Made by a program: the position numbers and the translations under genes
The notes under the pieces: generated by a model
What the model saw: the letters and a program-made list of their open reading frames with translations, nothing else
The model's database searches: none
What the model was told of the DNA's origin: nothing
In this document: positions 51,700 to 59,906 of the stretch, piece by piece
Position numbering within the stretch: the first letter of the stretch is position 1
How the letters are laid out: every line of letters starts with the position of its first letter
Assembly: GCA_965216635.1 (NCBI GenBank)
Contig: OZ244188.1
Coordinates: 512,001-576,000, forward strand
DNA: 64,000 nt
Reading direction: 5' to 3'
Source: a bacterium
Lineage (GTDB): Bacteria; SAR324; XYD2-FULL-50-16; G965216635

Positions 51700-51728
51700 A
51701 AATATTAACCTAAATTAAGGAGAAAATC

Positions 51729-52454
51729 ATGGGAACTAAATCAATTAACGCATTAACTAATCTACCTTTTGGATCCATTATAGGAGCCCCTTTGACTGCA
51801 GCTGTAGAAGCTCAAGCTTTAGCAGCTGTAGCAACGGTAGATTTTATTAAAACAGTAGGTTTTAATCCTCCTAAAGAGTCTAATAAATTAGATATTCAGG
51901 ATATGTTAGAGGAAGACTCGCATACAGAGGAACCAATCACAAAAGAAATTGGAAGTATTAGGAATGTTTCGTTTTATTATCAAAAAGAAGGAGCTGACGG
52001 AAAAGTCAAAATTGAAATGCAAGTTCCTCTTTTGTCTATTGTGCCAATTCCTGTGCTAAGAATTGAAGAAATGACTATAGATTTTGCAGTAAAAATATCC
52101 GAAGTTGATGTGAAAGTTAATAAAAAAACAACTGTTACAAATCGTAGCCATTACAGTTCAGGGAGTAGAAGTGGAGGTGGAAGTTTCTTTGGATGGGGAG
52201 CTCGTGGTTCATCATATAGTTCAAGTTATTCTTCAACAAGACACACAGATTCTGAAAAGGAGGTTTCAAAATACAAGATGGATACTGCTCTTCAAATTCA
52301 TGTTAAAGCTGTAGGTGATGAAATGCCTGCAGGTTTAAATAAAGTGTTAGGAATTTTAGAATCTAGTATAACTGAAAATCAAACTCCTCTACTTGAAGAG
52401 GGATCTAGTACATCTAGTACACCTAATAAAGCATCTTCTAAAGCAAGCGCATAA
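51729..52454 (+). CDS. DUF2589 family protein (paralogue 1, no cargo)
   Basis: LPFGSIIGAPL.AAVEAQ...T.DFIK.VGF; VPLLSIVPIP.LRIEE..IDF; P.GL.KVL.IL. Confidence 0.8.
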   Translation: MGTKSINALTNLPFGSIIGAPLTAAVEAQALAAVATVDFIKTVGFNPPKESNKLDIQDMLEEDSHTEEPITKEIGSIRNVSFYYQKEGADGKVKIEMQVPLLSIVPIPVLRIEEMTIDFAVKISEVDVKVNKKTTVTNRSHYSSGSRSGGGSFFGWGARGSSYSSSYSSTRHTDSEKEVSKYKMDTALQIHVKAVGDEMPAGLNKVLGILESSITENQTPLLEEGSSTSSTPNKASSKASA

Positions 52455-52540
52455 GGAGAGATGATGTTCTAGTTATAGTGAAAAGTATTAGATGAATACC
52501 GTAATAATTAGAACCTTGAAAAATAATTTGATAAAAAAAA

Positions 52541-53326
52541 ATGGTAACACAAGCAGTTAGAAATATAGAGGCTATGCCCTTTAGTCAAATCATAGGAGGT
52601 CCTTTATCCGCTGCCATTGAGGCGCAAGCGATGGCGGCTAGGACTACCATAAATTTTATTAAAGAGGTAGGTTTTCATCCGCCAAAAACAAGTGAAGTTG
52701 AAGACGATAAAGAGGTTCGGGATAGAGAATTAAATGAATCTAGTAAAATTGCTTTTGGAGATGTTAGATATGTTACTTTTCATTATCAAGCAGGGGGTAG
52801 TGCGACAGAGAATAACAATAGGAGTATTAGTATTCCGCTTTTATCTCTTGTCCCTATCCCTTATCTTAGAATAGAGGAAATGAACCTTGAATTTAGTGCT
52901 GCTCTTACCGATTCTGGAGAATCTTCTAGCTCAGACGATATAGAGCAAACTGGAAATTCAAACGCAAAAGTCTCTCAACCAAGTTGGAAATCTCAAAACC
53001 AGTTTGTAGGCACCTATTCTGCTAATACAAAAAACGCTCAAAAAAGTAGGTACAACAATCAGATGAATCTAAATTTTCAAATTAAAGTTGTTAGTGATGA
53101 TCTTCCTGCTGGAATGAGTAAAGTGCTTAGTCTTATGGAAGATAGTATGCACGATGGAGAAATTCAAGCGAGTGTATCTGCTCCAGAATGGGATGCGCAA
53201 AAAAAATATGTAGAAGGAAATATTGTATCTTATAAGGAAGAGCAATATTCTGCCAAGCAAAACAATGAAGGAAAAAATCCTTCTGCTGAAAATGCAACAG
53301 AGTGGCAAAAAGTTATTCATAGTTAA
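52541..53326 (+). CDS. DUF2589 family protein (paralogue 2) with C-terminal CBM5/12-like module
   Basis: Same DUF2589 motifs; tail PEWDAQKKYVEGNIVSY...YSAK...G.NP.....W. Confidence 0.8.
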   Translation: MVTQAVRNIEAMPFSQIIGGPLSAAIEAQAMAARTTINFIKEVGFHPPKTSEVEDDKEVRDRELNESSKIAFGDVRYVTFHYQAGGSATENNNRSISIPLLSLVPIPYLRIEEMNLEFSAALTDSGESSSSDDIEQTGNSNAKVSQPSWKSQNQFVGTYSANTKNAQKSRYNNQMNLNFQIKVVSDDLPAGMSKVLSLMEDSMHDGEIQASVSAPEWDAQKKYVEGNIVSYKEEQYSAKQNNEGKNPSAENATEWQKVIHS

Positions 53327-53370
53327 TTTTTTGACAAATTAAAAATTTATAAAACTCAATTCTTATAAAA

Positions 53371-55677
53371 ATGAGTAATACTAAAACAAAAGAAAGCGGT
53401 TTAGATCTATCTCAAGTAGTAGGGGCAATTTTAAGAGATATAGCCAAAGCAAGAGTTACCGCAGATCGCTATTCTAAATTGATAGGTCTTGAATACAGAG
53501 AGAGCATTGGAGATACAGATAAGTTGATTTCTTTTCCAGTTCCCCGTGCTGAAATTTCTGATGTGAATGTGAAACTCAAATTTGCGATTGATGAAGTGAA
53601 AAAAGCCGAAGATTCCGAGGAAGCCAATAAATTTTTTTTTAATCAAGTAATAGAGAAATATGTTGCTATCTTAACTGATGCCTATCTGGAAGTAGCAAAA
53701 AAAGTGGTGAATTTTTCTTCACAACAATTACAATCCTATCAAACAAATATTAAAGACTCCATTGTTCAATGGATTCAAATCGCTTTCGTTTGTGAAATAT
53801 CAGAAGACCAAAAAAATCTACAAATCCAAATCAATAAAGACAAAGAATCTATAAAAGAAGAAATACAGTCAAAGACAAAAAAAGAAGAAATATTAAAAAT
53901 ATTAATAAATGATTTTAGTGCCCATCTCCAAAAAACTTCAATTTCTTTGAATAATATTTTTACAGAACTACACAAAAAAACTAATCCCACAGCAAAAGAC
54001 ATAGTTGATTTCTATAAATCTAAAAAAGGAGGGGAAGCTTTTAAAAGACTTGTAAAAACTGACAATGCGGAGTTACTTACTTCTGAATATCAGGCAAAGA
54101 TAAGAGATTTATGTAATACAGTAAAAAAAATAGCTAAAGAATTATGGTTAGAATTGGACTCTCTAAAAGCTAAATATCTTGAATATAGAAAATCAGATGG
54201 AGTAGTAAACGATTTGTGGGACGCTGCAAGCACCAAAAAATCTAGAGCTGAAAGAGATGCAGCTTTTAATAAATTTATTGCTAAGTACAACCAAAGATCC
54301 AACCTTATATCTTCTGGAAGAGTACCTAAAATTTGGAATAAAGTCACTCCGAATCCTAGAGAAAAATATAAAGATTATCCTTACTACAAGTTATATATTA
54401 ATGATATTGATATAAGATTTGATGTGGGTACTCATAAAGGATTTGGAGAATATAATGCAGAAAAAGAAAATATTAATGAGAAAATTTTACCTATATTTTT
54501 TAATGAATTGAGGAAATCTTTGCAAGTATACTTTAACCTTATAAGTAAAAAAACTTCACTAACTATTGCTTTTAATATACCAGTGTTATCTGCTGGAACT
54601 CTTTCACAAAAATGGGAAAATACTATTCTTTGGAAAGAACAAAAATTTCTAAAAATAACAAATATAAGTGCTATTGATTATGGCAATGGTATGTGGGTAG
54701 CAGTTAGAAATGGAGGAACTATTATTACAAGTAGCAATGGTATTTCTTGGACAAAAAGAATAAGCAACGCGACGCAGAATTTATACGGCATCGGTTATGG
54801 CAATAGTATGTGGGTAGCAGTTGGTGTTAATGGAACTATTATTACAAGTAGCAATGGTATTTCTTGGACAAAAAAAACAAGCAACGCGACGCAGAATTTA
54901 TACGGTATCGGTTATGGCAAAGGTATGTGGGTGGCAGTTGGGGGTAATGGACTTATTCTTACAAGTAATAATGGAGAAAATTGGAAAGAACAAACAAATC
55001 CAGCTCCAACAGCTATCTATGGACGTAAAGGTCGTATAAGAAGTATCGCTTATGGCAATGGCATGTGGGTGGCAGTTGGTGATAAAGGTTTTATTATCAA
55101 GAGTTATGATGGTATATCTTGGACCCTACAAGCAAGCAATACAAAATTAAATCTATATCACATTGCGTATGGCAATGGTATGTGGGTTGTAGTTGGTGAT
55201 CATGATACTATTGTTACAAGTAACGACAGTATATCTTGGACAAATCAAGTAAGTAATATGATTAATACAACTAAAATAATTTATGATAATGAGATGTGGT
55301 TTGTCTTTTTTAAAGAGGCTGTTTTTACAAGAAATGATGAAAATAATAGTATAAAAGATTTTATCAGTGAAATTTATAACCTAGAACAGCAATACTTTAT
55401 AGGTGATGGACAAAAAAAAAAATCTGAAGAAATTCAAAAAGCTATAGAAACAGATTCAAGTATAAAAGATACAATAGAAAAAATACCAGAAGAAAAAAGA
55501 ATTTTTAAGAAAGACGAACAGATAATGATTAAGGTAAGTTCGGATAAATTAAAAGACATTCCAGAAGAGCAGATTTCAGAAATTGCTTTTAAAACCAATA
55601 TTAAAAACTACAAATGGTTAAAAGATAGCGATTCAAATATGGCAGAAGACGCATTTAACCTAATACCAGAGGAATAA
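53371..55677 (+). CDS. Divergent DUF2589-like protein (paralogue 3) with inserted helical region and beta-propeller repeats
   Basis: N-terminal L..VVGAIL.DI..A...FPVPRAEI.DV.V.LKFAI; five clear YGNGMWVAVG..G.I..S.NG.SW repeats plus a degenerate sixth; C-terminal IKVSSDKL. Confidence 0.65.
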   Translation: MSNTKTKESGLDLSQVVGAILRDIAKARVTADRYSKLIGLEYRESIGDTDKLISFPVPRAEISDVNVKLKFAIDEVKKAEDSEEANKFFFNQVIEKYVAILTDAYLEVAKKVVNFSSQQLQSYQTNIKDSIVQWIQIAFVCEISEDQKNLQIQINKDKESIKEEIQSKTKKEEILKILINDFSAHLQKTSISLNNIFTELHKKTNPTAKDIVDFYKSKKGGEAFKRLVKTDNAELLTSEYQAKIRDLCNTVKKIAKELWLELDSLKAKYLEYRKSDGVVNDLWDAASTKKSRAERDAAFNKFIAKYNQRSNLISSGRVPKIWNKVTPNPREKYKDYPYYKLYINDIDIRFDVGTHKGFGEYNAEKENINEKILPIFFNELRKSLQVYFNLISKKTSLTIAFNIPVLSAGTLSQKWENTILWKEQKFLKITNISAIDYGNGMWVAVRNGGTIITSSNGISWTKRISNATQNLYGIGYGNSMWVAVGVNGTIITSSNGISWTKKTSNATQNLYGIGYGKGMWVAVGGNGLILTSNNGENWKEQTNPAPTAIYGRKGRIRSIAYGNGMWVAVGDKGFIIKSYDGISWTLQASNTKLNLYHIAYGNGMWVVVGDHDTIVTSNDSISWTNQVSNMINTTKIIYDNEMWFVFFKEAVFTRNDENNSIKDFISEIYNLEQQYFIGDGQKKKSEEIQKAIETDSSIKDTIEKIPEEKRIFKKDEQIMIKVSSDKLKDIPEEQISEIAFKTNIKNYKWLKDSDSNMAEDAFNLIPEE

Positions 55678-55678
55678 A

Positions 55679-56338
55679 ATGACAGAAAATAGCGACAAAA
55701 AAAAATTAACGCAGTTATCGTTAGACCAATTGTTGGGCTCTACTTTAACTTCTATAATAGACGCCCAAAGGCAATCTTTGGAAGTAACTAGAGATTTTAT
55801 TGAAGAGTTTGGATTTGAGAAAAATGGAGAGAATCTGGGAAAATTAAAAACCATTACTTTTCAATACCACACTGCGAAAGGAGAAAAACAAGTGTCCATT
55901 CCTTTACTTTCTCTATTTCCTATACCTATGTTGAAAATAAAGGATGCAGAAATAGATTTTGATTTAAAAATTTCTAGTATACAAAAGACTACTATTAGTG
56001 ATTGCTGTCAAGAAGAAAAAATCAAACTCAGCGGAGCCATAGCTCCTTCCAGTCGTTTATCGCAACAAAAACTTTCAGCAGGAACGGCTCAAATTAGTGT
56101 AAAGGTGAACTTAGTAGAAGAAGATGTAACACCTGGTTTAACTAATTTTTATAATTTAATGGCAGGTGCTACAACAACAGAAAACATCCCTAAACAAAAA
56201 AATGTAGAAAATACAGGCGATGGTCCAGGAGATACCGAACCCGAAGTATACACAAAAGACAATATAGAAAATGCAGATAACAGTTTGGAAGATACTGGAG
56301 CTAGTTCAGATGCAGAAGGTCAAGGAAATACAAAGTAA
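55679..56338 (+). CDS. DUF2589 family protein (paralogue 4)
   Basis: L.QLLG..L..IIDAQ....T.DFIEE.GF; IPLLSL.PIP.LKI....IDFD; PGL. Confidence 0.78.
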   Translation: MTENSDKKKLTQLSLDQLLGSTLTSIIDAQRQSLEVTRDFIEEFGFEKNGENLGKLKTITFQYHTAKGEKQVSIPLLSLFPIPMLKIKDAEIDFDLKISSIQKTTISDCCQEEKIKLSGAIAPSSRLSQQKLSAGTAQISVKVNLVEEDVTPGLTNFYNLMAGATTTENIPKQKNVENTGDGPGDTEPEVYTKDNIENADNSLEDTGASSDAEGQGNTK

Positions 56339-56382
56339 AACTGTGATTTTTTTAAATTCAATAACTTTAAAATTATACTAAA

Positions 56383-56865
56383 ATGTTCACAACGATTAAA
56401 AAAAAAATTTCAAAAATTTCTGCTTTTTTTAAAAGTAAGAAAAAAGTAGAAAAAGATATACCCCCTAAAGAGGCTGAAGAATCCACTTTAGACATCAAAG
56501 AAAAACAAGTTCCTTTTTTCAAAAAAATATTTTCAAAAGCTACTACTCTATTTAAAAACAAGAAAAAAGTAGAAAAAGATATACTACCTAAAGAGGCTGA
56601 AAAATCCACTTTAGACATCAAAGAAAAACAAGTTCCTTACAAAGCTCAGAGACAGCCAGGTCTGGTGTGTCCGCAGTGCCAAAATAAAATCCCTGTGAGT
56701 ATTCTAAACCTACTCCAAGATAGTGCGGTACTCTGTCCCTATTGCAATTTAGAGTTGAAAATAGATCAACAACAATCTCAAGCGTCTCTTTCTAAATTAA
56801 AAAATTTCTATTCTCAATACAAAGAAGCAGAAAAAATGTATAAAGACGCTAAAAAAGTTGGTTAA
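56383..56865 (+). CDS. Zn-ribbon protein with duplicated 41-aa N-terminal segment
   Basis: GLVCPQC...CPYCNL.L.ID; 123-bp internal duplication. Confidence 0.7.
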   Translation: MFTTIKKKISKISAFFKSKKKVEKDIPPKEAEESTLDIKEKQVPFFKKIFSKATTLFKNKKKVEKDILPKEAEKSTLDIKEKQVPYKAQRQPGLVCPQCQNKIPVSILNLLQDSAVLCPYCNLELKIDQQQSQASLSKLKNFYSQYKEAEKMYKDAKKVG

Positions 56866-56893
56866 AGATAAAAATTATATTTGAAAAAATATT

Positions 56894-59581
56894 ATGGCTA
56901 CTAAAGCAAAAAATCCTCTAGTAAACGTACCCTTTGAAAACATTATCGGAGGTCCCTTAAAGGCAGCAATAAAAGCACAAGCTTTGATGGCAGATACTAC
57001 TATTGCTTTTATTAAAGAGGTAGGTTTTTCGCAAAGTGATTCCACTTCAGAATCTGTAGAAGTGAAATGTGTTGAGTTTTTTTATGAAAAACAAACTTTA
57101 GAAGGCAAGCCAAGTAAAGAGCGTATAAAAGTTCCTATTTTAACCATAGTTCCCATTCCCTCACTTAAAATTGAAGATGTTATTATCAATTTTGGTTCTA
57201 AAATTTCAGAAATAAATCTATCTAGTGATTTTGTTTCATCAACAACTTCTGGAAAAATTTCTGCTAGTGGTAATGCTTTTTTTCTTACTGGCAGTGCGAG
57301 CATGCAAGCCTCTCTTTCTCATAGCAAAACAACAAAAAACTATCAAGCATCAAAGTATGGAGTTGATACTACTATTCATGTTCAAGTAAGAGCTACAGGT
57401 CAAGAAACTCCTATTGGATTACGCAGAGTATTAGAAATATTGACAGGAGAAACGCTAGGAGAAAGCCCCAAACAACGACAGAGTCTACAAACACCTGCTG
57501 ACTTTAATTTTGGTAGTAATACTTCTACTCAAGATAAGACAATGGATATAGGAAGTAATATATTCAACCAAGATAATGCAATGAGTAGTGGTGCTGGTGA
57601 AAATAACGGAATGGGAATGAGTAGTAATGGTGAAGACAGTAAAACACCAGCCAATGCTAATACTATAACTAATGATGATAATTCTGGCAGCCCTATGATT
57701 GCTGAAAGGCAATTTACAGGAGCAGTAACTAATAATATTTTAATTACCGATAGTGTCGGTTATAAAGGAAAAAATAATTTAGCGGATGTTCAAAAAATAG
57801 CAAAAAGACTCTATGAGCTTAATTTTTATAAACCATCAAAAGATGGTAAAAGTGATTTTGACTCTACTACTCTTACGGAAGATGAATGCCCTTCAGATTT
57901 AGGCGAAGCTATAAAAGTTTTTCAAGCCGCCACAAAACCACAGGGCACTTTTTCTGGGATTGATGGAAAGGTAGATCCAGGCTATTCCACAATTAAAAAA
58001 TTGAATTCTTATTCTGCTCCTAGCTGGGTTCATTTTCAAACAATGATTGAAAAAAAACAAATAGCAAACAAAATATATTGTGTAACAGATAGTATAAATA
58101 AAAATTGGTGCACTAGTTGGACCGCAGAATTTTTATTAAAACTTGCAGATGATTGGAAAGATTGGTTTGATGATTACAAAAATGATTATGATGATTATAA
58201 AAATGGCAAAAAAGAAGGTCCAACAGAAGAATTTGCTGATTTTCTAATAACAAAGCTAAACGAAGAAGATCTTATAAAAGTATTGTGTTTGAAAATTAAC
58301 AGTCTATCAGATCCATGTGGAGGTCCTCGCAAATCTGGAGAAGGAAAAACTATTGGTTCTACTCACCAATCAGGAATAAATATAGACTTTCGGATATTTA
58401 CAAAAGATGGGAATGCAGGAATATGGACAGAAAACAATAGGTATTTAAGAAAACTGCAAGAAAAATTTTTTAAAATTCTAAAGAAAACAGAGGCTAAAGT
58501 AAATAGTGTTACCATAAAGTGTGATTATGGAAGCAGAAAACCAGTATTTAATGATACAGAGCTAAAAAAACAAAATTTATGCAGGTCTTTAGGAGGGCAT
58601 GATAATCATGTGCATACCAAAATTATTCCTATAACGAATAATTGGTGGACTATCTCACCAGCCCAACAAACAACATCAGATTCTTCTACTACTCAAAATA
58701 CACAACAAACGCCCCAACCAAATTCACAAGAAGTTTTAGAAGATCAAAACCCAGTAAATAACGAAATCAAATCACAAAATAATGTAGATACACAGAATAA
58801 ACAAAAATCAGAAAACTATTACAAAACAATCCAATTAGCACTAACGGGATTTGGTGCTGGAGTGCCTGATGGCATTGATGGACAAAAAACTCAATCTGCT
58901 ATATCTCTTTTCAAAAAAAAGATAGTCAATAACAATACTAATTCTAGTATTGAAAGTAGCATAATAAAATTTCTAAAAGATAATATACCCAGCAAGTTTA
59001 GTAGATCTAGTATAAACGACTATCATTGTCCCTGTGATAAATGTAGAGGATTTGGTAATGGGCAATATAAAGAAGAATATAGGGATAATAATAAAATTGA
59101 AGCATATCATAAATATGAGTACCCAGGTATCCATATCGCAACATTTTGTGCTGTAGCTTATATTAACTACTATGTTAAGACAAAATTTAAGACTACTGAT
59201 AATATGGTTATAACATCAGGATACAGATGCCATGAGGATAATAAAAAAAAAGGAAGAAGTAGTACTAATCATATGGGTAAAGCAATTGACGCAACAATTC
59301 CAGGTGCTCCTGCTCGTGATCAAAAATCTAGTGCTGAATTTTATCATAATATTCAACTTTCACTTGTTAAGAGCTCTCCAGCTGCTTTCCAAATTAGATG
59401 GACAAATCCAAATCAAGTAAGCTTTGAACCAGCTAAAAAAGTTAAAGTAACGGAGTTTATAGCTGAAACATGGCTACACACTGATGTAAGAAATTATGCA
59501 AAGAAATATTTAGCCGATTCTTATTTTTGTAAAGGCAAAGAATCGGTAATCAAATATTTTAAAGATAATTTTAGTACATAA
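56894..59581 (+). CDS. DUF2589 (paralogue 5) fused to two PG-binding-like and two LAS-type Zn peptidase domains
   Basis: N-terminal DUF2589 motifs; AIKVFQ...DGKVDPG; HQSGINID...HDNHVH; PDGIDG..T..AI; ITSGYRC...NHMGKAID...WLHTD. Confidence 0.78.
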   Translation: MATKAKNPLVNVPFENIIGGPLKAAIKAQALMADTTIAFIKEVGFSQSDSTSESVEVKCVEFFYEKQTLEGKPSKERIKVPILTIVPIPSLKIEDVIINFGSKISEINLSSDFVSSTTSGKISASGNAFFLTGSASMQASLSHSKTTKNYQASKYGVDTTIHVQVRATGQETPIGLRRVLEILTGETLGESPKQRQSLQTPADFNFGSNTSTQDKTMDIGSNIFNQDNAMSSGAGENNGMGMSSNGEDSKTPANANTITNDDNSGSPMIAERQFTGAVTNNILITDSVGYKGKNNLADVQKIAKRLYELNFYKPSKDGKSDFDSTTLTEDECPSDLGEAIKVFQAATKPQGTFSGIDGKVDPGYSTIKKLNSYSAPSWVHFQTMIEKKQIANKIYCVTDSINKNWCTSWTAEFLLKLADDWKDWFDDYKNDYDDYKNGKKEGPTEEFADFLITKLNEEDLIKVLCLKINSLSDPCGGPRKSGEGKTIGSTHQSGINIDFRIFTKDGNAGIWTENNRYLRKLQEKFFKILKKTEAKVNSVTIKCDYGSRKPVFNDTELKKQNLCRSLGGHDNHVHTKIIPITNNWWTISPAQQTTSDSSTTQNTQQTPQPNSQEVLEDQNPVNNEIKSQNNVDTQNKQKSENYYKTIQLALTGFGAGVPDGIDGQKTQSAISLFKKKIVNNNTNSSIESSIIKFLKDNIPSKFSRSSINDYHCPCDKCRGFGNGQYKEEYRDNNKIEAYHKYEYPGIHIATFCAVAYINYYVKTKFKTTDNMVITSGYRCHEDNKKKGRSSTNHMGKAIDATIPGAPARDQKSSAEFYHNIQLSLVKSSPAAFQIRWTNPNQVSFEPAKKVKVTEFIAETWLHTDVRNYAKKYLADSYFCKGKESVIKYFKDNFST

Positions 59582-59647
59582 CAAAAATACAGAGAAACAT
59601 ATTTTATGAGAACCTGTAAAAGTTCCCCCCTCCCCCAAACCTCAAAG

Positions 59648-59783
59648 CTAAAGGCAAACTGATAGCAAAACGATAAAACAAACTTGCATCTACAGTAGCT
59701 CCAGCAGCAAAAGCTAGCTTAGCAAACACTCCTTTCATAGATAGAAGAAAGCTAGCAAAAATAACAAAAAAAATCGGCATAAT
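59648..59783 (-). pseudogene. Truncated EamA 5' fragment (right direct repeat of island)
   Basis: First 44 codons give the same protein as 46808-47704, then the match ends abruptly. Confidence 0.9.
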
Positions 59784-59906
59784 TTTTTTAAAAAAGATTA
59801 TTGTTGTATAAATCAAAATTGTATGTTAGAGCTAAAAAAAATCTATTTTTGAATTTGATCTTTGAACTAGAATTTCTAATTCAAAAGGTCTCAAATTTTT
59901 TTAATT

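Larger units (their letters stand above)
47708..59647. mobile_element. ~12-kb accessory island with holin/muramidase and DUF2589 cluster
   Basis: Bounded by 136-bp direct repeats; contains a transposase remnant; no integrase seen. Confidence 0.75.

Noticed and set aside
49192..59581. Prophage, tailocin, eCIS or T6SS
   Set aside because: No recognisable capsid, terminase, sheath, tube, baseplate, VgrG/PAAR or integrase genes; remote structural homology cannot be excluded without a search
59604..59816. 70-aa ORF as a second EamA gene
   Set aside because: Only the duplicated 5' fragment running into unrelated sequence
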